From Acidobacteriota bacterium (GTDB taxonomy: Bacteria > Acidobacteriota > Thermoanaerobaculia > Gp7-AA8), in assembly GCA_019244185.1 (NCBI GenBank), contig JAFATB010000023.1, positions 160,001 through 224,000 on the forward strand: a stretch of DNA of 64,000 bases, given 5' to 3'. Shown here piece after piece: positions 19,278 through 28,931 of this stretch. The first letter of the stretch is position 1, and each line of letters starts with the position of its first letter. The notes under the pieces were generated by a model, which had not been told where the DNA came from, made no database searches, and saw only the letters and a list, made by a program, of their open reading frames with translations. A program made the translations under genes and the position numbers.

Positions 19278-19526
19278 ATGAACGAACGACTGAACGGTGA
19301 ACGGGTGTCCCTGGTCAACTACGACCTCCTGCGCGAGCTGTGCGACCAGTGCCGCAGCGAGCGCTTCCACTTCGTGCCGATCGGCGCGGCGCCGGCCACC
19401 GGCGCGTGCCGCCAGTGCGGCGCGGAGTCGAAGCTGGCCGACGTGAGCGACACCGGCATCTGGCGGCTCATGACGCAGCCCGACGGCGAAGTGGTCATCG
19501 TTCCGCTGATCGCCAAAACTGCGTAG
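19278..19526 (+). CDS. Small hypothetical protein with two CxxC motifs (zinc-ribbon-like)
   Basis: GGGAG SD; CDQC...CRQC; GC3-rich codons. Confidence 0.7.
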   Translation: MNERLNGERVSLVNYDLLRELCDQCRSERFHFVPIGAAPATGACRQCGAESKLADVSDTGIWRLMTQPDGEVVIVPLIAKTA

Positions 19527-19573
19527 GCTTTTACGCGCTCGGAGAGCGGCCCCTCATCACCTGACGGGGTGCG

Positions 19574-19611
19574 GAAAGGACAGGCGCCGCGGCCTGTCCT
19601 TTCGCGTTTTT
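19574..19611. terminator. Intrinsic terminator between convergent genes
   Basis: GAAAGGACAGGC-N6-GCCTGTCCTTTC followed by GCGTTTTT. Confidence 0.75.
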
Positions 19612-22600
19612 ACGCGTCCATTTCGGCGAAGTTGACGGACACGAGCCGCGAGCAGCCCGCCTCTTCCATCGTCACGCCGTAGAGCACGTCCGCCGCTTCC
19701 ATCGTCCGCCGCGAGTGCGTGATGACGATGAACTGCGTGTCGCGCGACATGTCGCGCACGAGGCGCACGAAGCGCTCCGTGTTCACCTCGTCGAGCGGCG
19801 CGTCGACCTCGTCGAGGATGCAGAACGGCGACGGCTTGTAGCGGAAGATCGCGAACAGCAGCGCGATCGCGGTCAGCGCGCGCTCGCCGCCGGAGAGCAG
19901 CGCGATGGACTGGTTCTTCTTGCCCGGCGGCTGCGCCACGAGCTCGATGCCGCTCTCGAGCACGTCTTCCTCGTCGAGCAGCTGCATGCGCGCGGTGCCG
20001 CCGCCGAAGAGCGACGTGAAGATGTGCGTGAAGGACTCGTTGACCTGCGTGAACGCTTCGCGGAAGAGATCGCGCGAGGTGAGGTTGATCTTGCGGATGG
20101 TCTGGCGCAGCGACTCGATCGACTGCACGAGATCGTCGCGCTGCGTGCGCAGGAACGACTCGCGCGTTTCGAGCTCGGTGTGCTCGTCGATGGCGAGCAC
20201 GTTCACAGGGCCGATCTTCTCGATCTGATCGCTCAGCTTCGCGACGTCGCTCTCGAGCGTCGCGCGCGACTCCTCGTCCGTGGGCGGCTCGACGTCGGCG
20301 AGCGCGTCGATGCCGGCGTGGAGATCGAACGAGATCTGCTCGCGCAGGATGTCGAACGCCGACTTCGCGCGGTCGACGCGGCGTTCCGCCTCGAAGAGCG
20401 CGTCCTTCGCCGCCGTCCACTGCTCGCGCGAGCTGTGCGCGCGCGACTGCAGTTCCGCGACGCGCGCGTCGAGCTCCGCGACTTCGGCCTCGACGCTGGT
20501 GCGCAGCTCGCCGAGCTCTTGCAGCTTGGTCGCCGACTGCGCGAGCTGGCCGCGCGACGCTTCGAGCGCGACGCCGGTGTCGCCCTGACGGCGCACGAGC
20601 GTTTCGATCTCCTGCTGCAGCTGCGTCGCGCGCGATCCGAGCGACACGACGATGCGCGAGAGGTTCTCATGCTCGCGCTGGATGGAGTTCACGTTGCCGC
20701 TCGCGGTCTCGACGTCGACGCGCGCTTTCGACGCCGCCTCCGTCACTTCCTCGAACGCCGTGCGCGACGCGGCGAGCCGTTCTTCCGCGACGCGGATCTG
20801 CTCGTGCAGTTCCGCCTCGCGCGCCTGCAGCTGATCGACGTCCGCGATCGCGGCGTTCTTGCGGCCGAGGAGCTGTTCCTTTTCGTCGGCGTAAAGAGTC
20901 TGTTCCTCGGAGGCGACGGCGAGGTCTTTCTCGAAGCGTTGCAGCTCGGTCCCGGCGCGCTCGCGCTGGCTGCGTTTCTCGCGCAATTCCTGATCGGCCG
21001 TGCGCGCGCGCTCGTCGGCGATGATGCGCGCGTCGTCCGCGGCACGCAGCTCTTCTTCCAGCGTCTGCAGCTCCGCGGCGAAGCCGCTCGCGCGCGACTC
21101 TTCGCTGCCCGCGAGCGCTTCGAGATCGGCGATCTCGCGCTTGATCGAGAAGACGCCCGGCGTCGCGCCTTCGGTCTTGCCGCCGATGACGAGCGGTCCG
21201 CGCACGATGTCGCCTTCGAGGGTGACGAACGTGGCGCTCGGGCGTTCCTTCGCGCGCTCGATCGCCTCGGAGAGCGCCCCGACGATGTACGCCTCGGGGA
21301 TCGCATGGCGCACGGCATCGGCGACGCGTCCTTCGCCGACGACCGAATGCGCCGCGTCGCCGCGACGCGAGCCTTCGCCGGCCGGCTGATAGTCGAGGAG
21401 GATGAACGCGCCTCGGCCCGCGCCGCGTTCGCGCAGACGGCGAATCGCTTCGGAGGCGGTGGCCGTGTCGTCGACGACGATCGCCTTCGACACTTCGCGG
21501 AGGAGCGTGTCCAGCGCGGCTTCGAAGCCTTCCGCCGCGCGCACCGATTCCGCGGCGGCGACGGCGTTCGGGATCAGCTCGAGGATCGCGCGCCGCACGT
21601 CTTCGTCCTGCGCTTCGAGCGAGACCAGCAGCGTGCGCAGCGAGTCGATCTTGTACGTCGTCTGCGACACGCGGTCGCGCGCGCCGGCGAGCGACTCGCG
21701 GAGCGCATCGCGGCGCGCGAGCAGCTCGTCGCGCCGCGCGACGGCATCGCGCGCGTTCTGCTGCGCGGTGGCGAGCGCCTGTTCGGCGTCGCGCACCGAC
21801 TGCTCCCATTCGTACATCTGCGCGCGCGCGCCGTCGCGGCTCTCGGCCGCCTTGCGCGCGCTCTCGGTGAGCTTGGTGAGATAGAACTCGCACTTTTCGA
21901 CCGCGATCTCGATCTGGTGCACCTGATTGCGCGCTTCCGAGATGCGGGCGATGGTGCGCATGAGCGACTCGCGCGAGTCGGCGAGCGATTTCTCGTGCTG
22001 CCGCACCGCGTCGCCGCGCTCCTGACGGTCGCGCTCGGCCTGATCGGCGATCTCGCGGAGGCGGTTGCGCTCCGCGCGCGCGGCTTCAAGCTGCTGCGTC
22101 TTCTCGTCGAGCGCGGCCTGCTGCTCCGCGCCCTCGGCTTCGAGCGTCGCGATCTGCGCGCGCGCGTTGTCGACGCGCTGCACGAGATCGCCGAGGTTCG
22201 TCTCGGATTGCTGGAGGAACGAGCGGAGGCGCTCGACTTCGCCGGTGAGGCCCGCGAGCTCCTCGCGCACGTGCGACGCGCGCGAGGCGCGCGTGGCGTG
22301 CAAGCCGCGCGTTTCGTTCAGCTCCGACTCCGCGCCGCCGAGCGTCGCCGAAAGCTCGCTCTCGCGCTGCTGCGCTTCCGCGAGCGCGGCGGAGGCCTGC
22401 TCTTCTTCGAGCTGCGCCGCAACGATGCGTCCTTTGTACAGCGAGCGTTTCGCCGTCGAGAGCTGGTCCGCGAGCTCTTTGTGCCGGCGCGCCTTCGAGG
22501 CCTGGCGCTTGAGCGAGTTGAGATTCCGCGTCACCTCGGAGAGCGTGTCGTCGATGCGCAGGAGGTTCTGCTGCGTCTCTTCGAGCTTCAGCTCCGCGGC

Positions 22601-23137
22601 GCGGCGCTTGGTCTTGTACTTCGTGATGCCGGCCGCTTCTTCGATCAGGCGGCGGCGATCCTGCGGCTTGTTGGAGAGGATCAGATCGATCTTGCCCTGC
22701 TCCATCACGCTGTAGTTGCGGATGCCGAGGCCGGTGTCCATGAGGATGTCGGAGATGTCCTTCATCCGCACGCGCTTGCCGTTGAGGCGGAACTCCGACT
22801 GCCCGTCGCGGAAGACGCGGCGGTTGATGGTGATCTTGCCGTCGTCCGCCATCGGATGGTTGCCGTCGCCGTTGCTCGTGCCGAGCGTGAGCGTGACTTC
22901 TCCCATCGACAGCGCGCGCTTGCGGGCCGAGCCCTGGAAGATGACGTCTTCCATCGTCTCGCCGCGGATGTGGGAGGCGCGGTTCTCGCCGAGGACCCAG
23001 ATCAGGGCGTCGCAGATGTTCGATTTCCCGCAGCCGTTCGGGCCGACGACGGCCGTCATGGCCGCGGGGAAGGTGAGGTGGGCGGGGTCGTAAAACGACT
23101 TGAAGCCGTGGATGTCGAGCTTTTCGAGACGAAACAT
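19610..23137 (-). CDS. smc: Chromosome segregation protein SMC
   Basis: GFKSF, GPNGCGKSN, QGKID, long coiled coils around a hinge (GRGAFI...VTLEGD), LSGGE, LDEVDAPLD, ITH. Confidence 0.97.
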   Translation of the reverse strand: MFRLEKLDIHGFKSFYDPAHLTFPAAMTAVVGPNGCGKSNICDALIWVLGENRASHIRGETMEDVIFQGSARKRALSMGEVTLTLGTSNGDGNHPMADDGKITINRRVFRDGQSEFRLNGKRVRMKDISDILMDTGLGIRNYSVMEQGKIDLILSNKPQDRRRLIEEAAGITKYKTKRRAAELKLEETQQNLLRIDDTLSEVTRNLNSLKRQASKARRHKELADQLSTAKRSLYKGRIVAAQLEEEQASAALAEAQQRESELSATLGGAESELNETRGLHATRASRASHVREELAGLTGEVERLRSFLQQSETNLGDLVQRVDNARAQIATLEAEGAEQQAALDEKTQQLEAARAERNRLREIADQAERDRQERGDAVRQHEKSLADSRESLMRTIARISEARNQVHQIEIAVEKCEFYLTKLTESARKAAESRDGARAQMYEWEQSVRDAEQALATAQQNARDAVARRDELLARRDALRESLAGARDRVSQTTYKIDSLRTLLVSLEAQDEDVRRAILELIPNAVAAAESVRAAEGFEAALDTLLREVSKAIVVDDTATASEAIRRLRERGAGRGAFILLDYQPAGEGSRRGDAAHSVVGEGRVADAVRHAIPEAYIVGALSEAIERAKERPSATFVTLEGDIVRGPLVIGGKTEGATPGVFSIKREIADLEALAGSEESRASGFAAELQTLEEELRAADDARIIADERARTADQELREKRSQRERAGTELQRFEKDLAVASEEQTLYADEKEQLLGRKNAAIADVDQLQAREAELHEQIRVAEERLAASRTAFEEVTEAASKARVDVETASGNVNSIQREHENLSRIVVSLGSRATQLQQEIETLVRRQGDTGVALEASRGQLAQSATKLQELGELRTSVEAEVAELDARVAELQSRAHSSREQWTAAKDALFEAERRVDRAKSAFDILREQISFDLHAGIDALADVEPPTDEESRATLESDVAKLSDQIEKIGPVNVLAIDEHTELETRESFLRTQRDDLVQSIESLRQTIRKINLTSRDLFREAFTQVNESFTHIFTSLFGGGTARMQLLDEEDVLESGIELVAQPPGKKNQSIALLSGGERALTAIALLFAIFRYKPSPFCILDEVDAPLDEVNTERFVRLVRDMSRDTQFIVITHSRRTMEAADVLYGVTMEEAGCSRLVSVNFAEMDA

Positions 23138-23317
23138 TTTGATGTGCGGGTGGTCCGACTAGCGCGCGATCCTAGCAGGGAAACCGCGGTGCCGATACAC
23201 ACGAATTTGGCTCGTGTAAACCGCTGACGCCAAAGGGAAATTCGCCGTTGACAGCGCGGACGCGCAGCGGTTCCTGTGCAGTGGGCCCGGTCGTCACTGC
23301 TCGTACAATCCCGCCTC

Positions 23318-24316
23318 GTGACGCTCGACGACTTCCTCCTCCGCGAGATCGAACTCGGCTCGTTCCCTGCGGCGGCGTATGCGATCGGGACCGTCGACGG
23401 CGGCATCGAGCGCGAGCGCGCGTTCGGCGAGGCGGTCGCGGTGCCGCTGCGGATTCCCGCGCACGTCGACACGATCTTCGACTGCGCGTCGATCACCAAG
23501 CCGCTCATCACCGGCACGCTCGTGCTGCAGGCGGTCGCGGAGCAGCGCATCGCGCTCGACGACGAATATCGCGGCTTCACGTTTCGCGAGCTGCTCACGC
23601 ATACGTCTGGATTGAAATCGTGGCTGCCGCTCTACGCGCTCGGCGATTACCTGCAGGCGATCGAGGAGCGCGGGCGCGAGCATCCGCGCGGCGCGGTGGT
23701 GACGTACTCCGATCTCAACTTCGTGCTGCTCTACTTCGCGCTGCAGGAGCTCTTCGGCGATTACATCGAAGCCGCGCGCACGCGGATCTTCGCGCCCCTC
23801 GGGCTGCACGACGCGACGTTCCATCCCGCGCCGTCGCTCCTGCCGCGCATCGCGGCGACGGAGTGGGGACAGCGTTTCGAGTACGGCATGTGCGCGACGC
23901 GCTCGATCGCGTTCACGGGATTCCGCCAGGGCCTCATGTGGGGCGAGGCGAACGACGGCAACTCGTTTCACCACGGCGGCACGTGCGGCAACGCCGGCCT
24001 CTTCACGACCGCGCGCGAGGTGTTTCGCATCGCGCAGGGTTTCGCGAGCGGCGAGCTCGTGCCGCGCGAGCTCGTCGTCGAAGCGACGCGCGCCTACAAA
24101 GAAGATCGCGGCCTCGGATGGCAGCTCGCGGGTCCCGGTTTATCGGAGCGCTCGTTCGGGCACATGGGCTTCACCGGCACGTCGGTGTGGGTCGATGAGG
24201 GACGCGTCTACGTGCTGCTGACGAATCGCGTGCATCCGTGCGCGGCGCCGATCGCGATGCATCGCATCCGCGGCACGTTTCACGAGCTCGCGCGCCAGCC
24301 CCAGCGTTCGGCCTGA
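23318..24316 (+). CDS. Serine hydrolase, beta-lactamase/class C-like family
   Basis: FDCASITK (SxxK), LLTHTSG, YSDLNF, GNAGLFTTA, FGHMGFTGT. Confidence 0.88.
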   Translation: MTLDDFLLREIELGSFPAAAYAIGTVDGGIERERAFGEAVAVPLRIPAHVDTIFDCASITKPLITGTLVLQAVAEQRIALDDEYRGFTFRELLTHTSGLKSWLPLYALGDYLQAIEERGREHPRGAVVTYSDLNFVLLYFALQELFGDYIEAARTRIFAPLGLHDATFHPAPSLLPRIAATEWGQRFEYGMCATRSIAFTGFRQGLMWGEANDGNSFHHGGTCGNAGLFTTAREVFRIAQGFASGELVPRELVVEATRAYKEDRGLGWQLAGPGLSERSFGHMGFTGTSVWVDEGRVYVLLTNRVHPCAAPIAMHRIRGTFHELARQPQRSA

Positions 24317-24870
24317 CGCCGCAGCGCGGTCGCGCGCTCGGTCTCGCCGTTCGCCTCCGCCAGCTTGGCGAAGAGAAAGAGCGTCTCGGAGAGCAGCGGA
24401 TCGGGATCGGTGTAGTCGTCGCGGAAGCGCGTCTCGAGGAGCTCGACGTTGTCGCGATAGAGGCGCAGCGCGGCGTCGCGGTCGCCGGCGCGCAGGAGGA
24501 TGTACGCGAGCGCGAGCGCCTGGAACTCCTGGATCTGCGGACACTGCGCGATCTGCAGTTCCATGAGCCGCCGCGCCTCGTTGAGGTCGCGCCCGAGGTG
24601 GGCGAGGGAGAGCGCGATGCCCTCGCGCGCGGCGGGATCGTCGGATTGCTGATACGACGCGATCGCTTCGTCGAAGCGGCCGAGGAGCTTGAGCGCTTCG
24701 GCGCGATGCAGCGCGTCGCCGGTGCGATTCGCCTCGAGCACCGCGTCTTCGTAGCGGCGCTGCTGGATGAGCTGCTGCGCGTTGGTGATCGGCTTCTGCG
24801 CGAGCATGTACGCGACGAGCCAGCCGAGTCCTGCGATGGTGAGGAGCAGGACCCAGAACCACGCGCTCAT
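24280..24870 (-). CDS. Membrane-anchored TPR-like protein
   Basis: N-terminal TM (MSAWFWVLLL...); TPR-like ALKLLGRFDEAIASY; ATGA overlap with upstream gene. Confidence 0.75.
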   Translation of the reverse strand: MSAWFWVLLLTIAGLGWLVAYMLAQKPITNAQQLIQQRRYEDAVLEANRTGDALHRAEALKLLGRFDEAIASYQQSDDPAAREGIALSLAHLGRDLNEARRLMELQIAQCPQIQEFQALALAYILLRAGDRDAALRLYRDNVELLETRFRDDYTDPDPLLSETLFLFAKLAEANGETERATALRRQAERWGWRASS

Positions 24871-25523
24871 CGCGGATGCGCGGCCGGCCGCGGAACGCCC
24901 GGACGGGCGGGCTGCGGCGCGACGCCGACGCGCGCCGGCTGCGGTCCGGGACGCGCGGCGCCCGGCGGCATCGGCTGCGTGCCGGGGGGCACGGCTCCGG
25001 CGGGCGCGGGAGCGGCAGCGCCGTTCTTCGCCGCGGCCGCCGCCGCGGCTTCCTGCTGGGCCGCCTGTTGCGCGGCGATCACCTCGGGCGGCGTGACCGC
25101 GCCCGACTCGACGACGAACGTGCGCATCGTCTGCGGGCGTCCCTCGTACTGGAAGTCGAGATCGGGCATCGACATCGGCGCGGTCTCGTCTTTCTGATTC
25201 GCGAGATCGGTGACTTCCGTGAGCGGCACCGCGGGCGCGTCGCTGACGTTCGAGAGGTTGCGGCGCATCACGATCTGATGGATGCCGGCGAGCAGCAGAA
25301 ACGCGACGAGCAGCGAGAGCACGATCACGATGCCTTGGCGCTGCCGCGCGTATTCGAGCACGCTCTCGGACTTTGTCACGGTGCGCGGCTGAAAGACTTC
25401 CTGCAGCAGCGCCTGCGTGTCGATGCGCTCGCCCGTGGCCGGGTTCGCGCCGCAATACGGGCAGAGTTTCGCGGCGGCGTCGATCTGATGGCGGCACGCG
25501 GCGCAGACTGCGGAGCTCATCAT
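24867..25523 (-). CDS. Zinc-ribbon membrane protein
   Basis: CAAC...CPYCG, one TM helix, Ala/Pro-rich tail. Confidence 0.8.
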   Translation of the reverse strand: MMSSAVCAACRHQIDAAAKLCPYCGANPATGERIDTQALLQEVFQPRTVTKSESVLEYARQRQGIVIVLSLLVAFLLLAGIHQIVMRRNLSNVSDAPAVPLTEVTDLANQKDETAPMSMPDLDFQYEGRPQTMRTFVVESGAVTPPEVIAAQQAAQQEAAAAAAAKNGAAAPAPAGAVPPGTQPMPPGAARPGPQPARVGVAPQPARPGVPRPAAHPR

Positions 25524-26494
25524 CGGAATGATATTTCAACGCTGTACGGCGACGCGACAGGCTCGCCGTTCTCGGTGGCGGGCTTGAAGCGCCAACCCTG
25601 AATCGCGGCGATCAGCGAGGGAAGGTTCGCGCCGCCCGACTGGCGGACGTTGACTTCCTTGACGCGGCCGTCGGCGCCGATGAGCAGATCGAGCCGCACC
25701 GGTCCGTTCGCGCGGAGACGCGGCACCGGCTGGAACTGCGGCACGGGACGCGTGCGGATCGCGGCGCGCCGCGGCGCGCTGTTCTGCGCGCCGTTCTGTG
25801 CGAACGGCGGCGGCGGCGGCGCGGCGTTGCTCGCGCTGGTCATCGACGGCGGCACCATCGCGGGCGCCTGTCCCGGCATCGCGGCCACGGGAGCCGGACG
25901 CGGACGGCGCGGCGGCAGCGCGCCTTGCGCGTAGGCGGCGCCGGTGATCGAGCGCGGATCGACGAGCGCGGCCATGCGGCTCTTCTCCGCCGCGGCGCGC
26001 TGCGCCATCTGCGCGTACTCGGCCGCGGAGACCGCGGTCGCGTCGGTGCGTTGATATTCGGCCGGGACGCCTTCGGCGGGTGCGGCGCCGGTGGGCGCGC
26101 TGGTGATCGGCTGTTCGATGCGATCGACGCCGCCGCTGTCACCGACCGGCACGAGCGGCGTATCGGCACGCTTCACGGCGGGCACGCGCGCCTGCGCCTG
26201 CTGTTGTTGCTGCGCCTGTTCTTCCGGCGTCGGCGGCACGACTTTCGGCGCGCCGTCGCGATTGATGACGTAGCCGATGGCGAACGACGCCACGAGCAGC
26301 ACGGCGCCGGCGATGCCGAAGAGAATCCGCTTCCGCAGCTTCTGCTCGGCGGGCGGTTTGTAGTCGACGATGGGGGCGGGTGCGCTCTGCTGCGCCGTCA
26401 CGGGCTCCGCCTGGTTCCAGTTGCAGAACGGGCAGATCGTGGCGATCGCATCGATGGCGCGCGCGCAGCGGACGCACGGTTTTCGTTCCGTCAT
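25520..26494 (-). CDS. Zinc-ribbon + TM + TonB C-terminal domain protein
   Basis: GGAG SD; CVRC...CPFC, TM, Pro/Ala linker, IGADGRVKEV...WRFKPATENGEPV. Confidence 0.82.
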   Translation of the reverse strand: MTERKPCVRCARAIDAIATICPFCNWNQAEPVTAQQSAPAPIVDYKPPAEQKLRKRILFGIAGAVLLVASFAIGYVINRDGAPKVVPPTPEEQAQQQQQAQARVPAVKRADTPLVPVGDSGGVDRIEQPITSAPTGAAPAEGVPAEYQRTDATAVSAAEYAQMAQRAAAEKSRMAALVDPRSITGAAYAQGALPPRRPRPAPVAAMPGQAPAMVPPSMTSASNAAPPPPPFAQNGAQNSAPRRAAIRTRPVPQFQPVPRLRANGPVRLDLLIGADGRVKEVNVRQSGGANLPSLIAAIQGWRFKPATENGEPVASPYSVEISFR

Positions 26495-26523
26495 GGCCGC
26501 TCCAAAGTGCAACCGACGTACCG

Positions 26524-27501
26524 TCACGGGACGATGCGGACGCGGCCGTTCTGCCAGAAAGCGATTCCGCCCGCCGTGAGCGCGTACGCGCCGGGGGCGA
26601 TGCCGGTGGCGACGACCGTGCTTTTCTGCCTCGTCACGCGGTACAACGTACCGCTGCTCGAGTCGTACGCGAGCCACCGCGAGCCGCGCGCCACGACGCG
26701 ATCGATGCCGGTCGGGAACTCCGACGAGCGGTTCGCGAAGAGGCCGAGCCCGAGGACGCCGCGCAGGAAGCCGCGGGCGACGGCCTGCGTCATCGACTGC
26801 GTGCCTTCGGTGAGCCAGACTCGCTTGGCAGATGGATCGGCGACGGCGAGGATGGGCGCCGTCAGCGCGCTGCCGCCGCCGGCGAGCGCGACATCGACCG
26901 GCACGGCACCGGCCGCGAGCGTGTCGCTGACGCGCAGCGTTCGCAGATCGACGACGCGGACGCGCGCGTCGCGTGGAAAGAGCAGATACGCGTTCGCGCC
27001 GTCGACTTCGAGGTCCGAGGCGAACGGCGCAATCGTCGCGCGCCGCACGACGCGGTCGCGTTCGATCTCTTCGAGCACGCCATCGACGCGCGAGTAGACG
27101 TAGAGCCGGCCGTTCGCCGCGCGCACGAACGCGGGATCGGCCGCGAGCGGAATCGACGCGCCGCCGACGTGCTGCAGCACGCGCGCGTCGCGCGCGAGGA
27201 CGTACAGCTCGCCGCTCACGAAGAGCGCCGCGATGGGCGTCTCCGCGGTTGCGACGCGCGTGACGCGTCCGCTCGCGAGCTCGACGATGACCGCTTCGTT
27301 GTGCAGCGCGTCGAGCACCGCGACGCGATCGGAAGATGCAGCGATGGAGGTGGCGTTTGCGACGCCGTCGACGCGCCAGCGATCGGCGAGCTCGACCCGC
27401 CCGTCGTGCGCCGCGACGACGCCGCGCGGCGTGTCGATGAGGAGTTGGGCGGTGGCGAGGGGGGCGGCCAAGAGCGCGAAGAGGAGCACGAGTTTCTTCA
27501 T
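26524..27501 (-). CDS. Secreted beta-propeller-like (YncE/YVTN-like) protein
   Basis: Signal peptide MKKLVLLFALLAAPLATA; repeated strand motifs (ELYVL, RLYVY, GAVPVDVAL). Confidence 0.7.
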   Translation of the reverse strand: MKKLVLLFALLAAPLATAQLLIDTPRGVVAAHDGRVELADRWRVDGVANATSIAASSDRVAVLDALHNEAVIVELASGRVTRVATAETPIAALFVSGELYVLARDARVLQHVGGASIPLAADPAFVRAANGRLYVYSRVDGVLEEIERDRVVRRATIAPFASDLEVDGANAYLLFPRDARVRVVDLRTLRVSDTLAAGAVPVDVALAGGGSALTAPILAVADPSAKRVWLTEGTQSMTQAVARGFLRGVLGLGLFANRSSEFPTGIDRVVARGSRWLAYDSSSGTLYRVTRQKSTVVATGIAPGAYALTAGGIAFWQNGRVRIVP

Positions 27502-28931
27502 CGCCCGCCCTCGACCCGCACCGGCTCGAGCAGCAGCGCGTCCTCGTCTCCCGCCCGCGTCACGCCGAGAATCCGATACGTCAGGCGCAGCGGTGCGGAC
27601 GTGTCGAACGTGCCGGCGAAGATCGTCGGTTCGGAGAAGCGGAACGCGACGCCATAGATGGTGCCGCTCGCGAGCGTCGTCTGCGCGTTGGCCACCTGCG
27701 CGCTTTCGAACGTCGCCAGGCTGGTGAACGTCATCGCATCGAGGGCGACGCGTTGCTCCGGCGCGAGCGCGTCGTACCCATCGCGCAGCGCGCGTAGTTC
27801 GGCGGCGGTCGGATTCGGCGACGGCAGTGCTGCGATGCTCGCGTTCGCGTGCTCGGCTTCGACGCGCAACGTCCGCAGCGTTTCGTTCGCGGGGAACTTC
27901 GCGAGCAGCGCGTCGAGCGTTTCGCGCGCCGCGCGCGATTCGCCGCGGACGAGCTGCGCGATCGCGCGCCGCACTTCGCTGCCGGTCGAGCCGTTCGATG
28001 CCGGCGTCGCCCGCGCGCTCGAGTGCAGAAACGCGCGGTATTGCGCGACGAGCTCGCGGTCGAACGGATTCGCCTCGAACGCCTCCGCGAACCGCCGCTC
28101 GCGTTCGTCGCTCGACGTGGCGAGGCGCGCCAGTCCCGCGAGCGCGGTGGCGTCGTCGCTGCGCGCGTCGAGCACGCGCTCGTACGTGCGCCGGGCGAGC
28201 TCGTTGCGCCCGCGCTCCTCGTACAGCCGCGCCAGCCGCAGCTGCGCGCGATTCAGCAGCGAGACGTATGCGGCGACGTCGCCGTGCGCCGAGCTGTAGA
28301 TCTCGAACGATTCCTGCCGCGCAACGTCGTTCCGCAGCGACGCGAACCGTTCCGAGCGCAGCGACTCCGTCAGTTTCACCAGCAGCGTCTCCGCCTCGGC
28401 GCTCTCGCCGCTGTCGAGCAGCGCGGTCGCCAGCGCGTACTGATCGACCGCTACGTCGAGCGGCTTCTTCGCCAGCGTCACCGCGTTGCGCGCGGCGCTT
28501 ACGGCTTTCCTTGGATATCCAAGAATGCGCATCGCGGAGGCGTAGAGGTTCCACGTCTCCGCGTCGTCGCTCGCGTAACGCACGGCTTCTTCCGCGAACG
28601 CGAACGCCTCCGCGTCGCGATGGAGCTTCGCGGCCGCGAGCGCGGCGTACGACGTCGCCGTCGCATAGCGCGCCAGCTGCGCGTCGCGCCGCGCGTCGAG
28701 TCGCTCGCGCGCGGCGAGGTCGTACGCGGTGCGGTACTCGCGCGAGGCGAGCGACGGCTCGTTGCGCGCGGCGCGGACGTCGCCGAGGTTCGCATGGCCG
28801 GACAACTGCGCCTCGAAGCCGTGCGCGGTCGCGAGCTGCTTTTCCATCTGCGCGAGCTCGAAGTCGGACGCGATGCGCGATTCCGCGAGGAGCGACGATG
28901 AAAGCGCGAGCAGCAGCAGCACTCGTCTCAT
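27498..28931 (-). CDS. Secreted TPR-repeat protein
   Basis: Signal peptide MRRVLLLLALSSSLLA; helical TPR-like repeats; ATGA overlaps on both sides. Confidence 0.75.
   Translation of the reverse strand: MRRVLLLLALSSSLLAESRIASDFELAQMEKQLATAHGFEAQLSGHANLGDVRAARNEPSLASREYRTAYDLAARERLDARRDAQLARYATATSYAALAAAKLHRDAEAFAFAEEAVRYASDDAETWNLYASAMRILGYPRKAVSAARNAVTLAKKPLDVAVDQYALATALLDSGESAEAETLLVKLTESLRSERFASLRNDVARQESFEIYSSAHGDVAAYVSLLNRAQLRLARLYEERGRNELARRTYERVLDARSDDATALAGLARLATSSDERERRFAEAFEANPFDRELVAQYRAFLHSSARATPASNGSTGSEVRRAIAQLVRGESRAARETLDALLAKFPANETLRTLRVEAEHANASIAALPSPNPTAAELRALRDGYDALAPEQRVALDAMTFTSLATFESAQVANAQTTLASGTIYGVAFRFSEPTIFAGTFDTSAPLRLTYRILGVTRAGDEDALLLEPVRVEGGR

Noticed and set aside
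19610-23137. SMC as part of a Wadjet/MksBEF defence system
   Set aside because: Canonical housekeeping SMC motifs and length, with no jetA/B/D-like neighbours
19715-23227. 1170-aa plus-strand ORF antisense to smc, and similar long shadow ORFs (4382..6421, 47845..50184, 51033..53495, 58589..61195)
   Set aside because: They mirror well-supported genes on the opposite strand, are Arg/Ala-rich without motifs, and are expected from stop-codon scarcity in high-GC DNA
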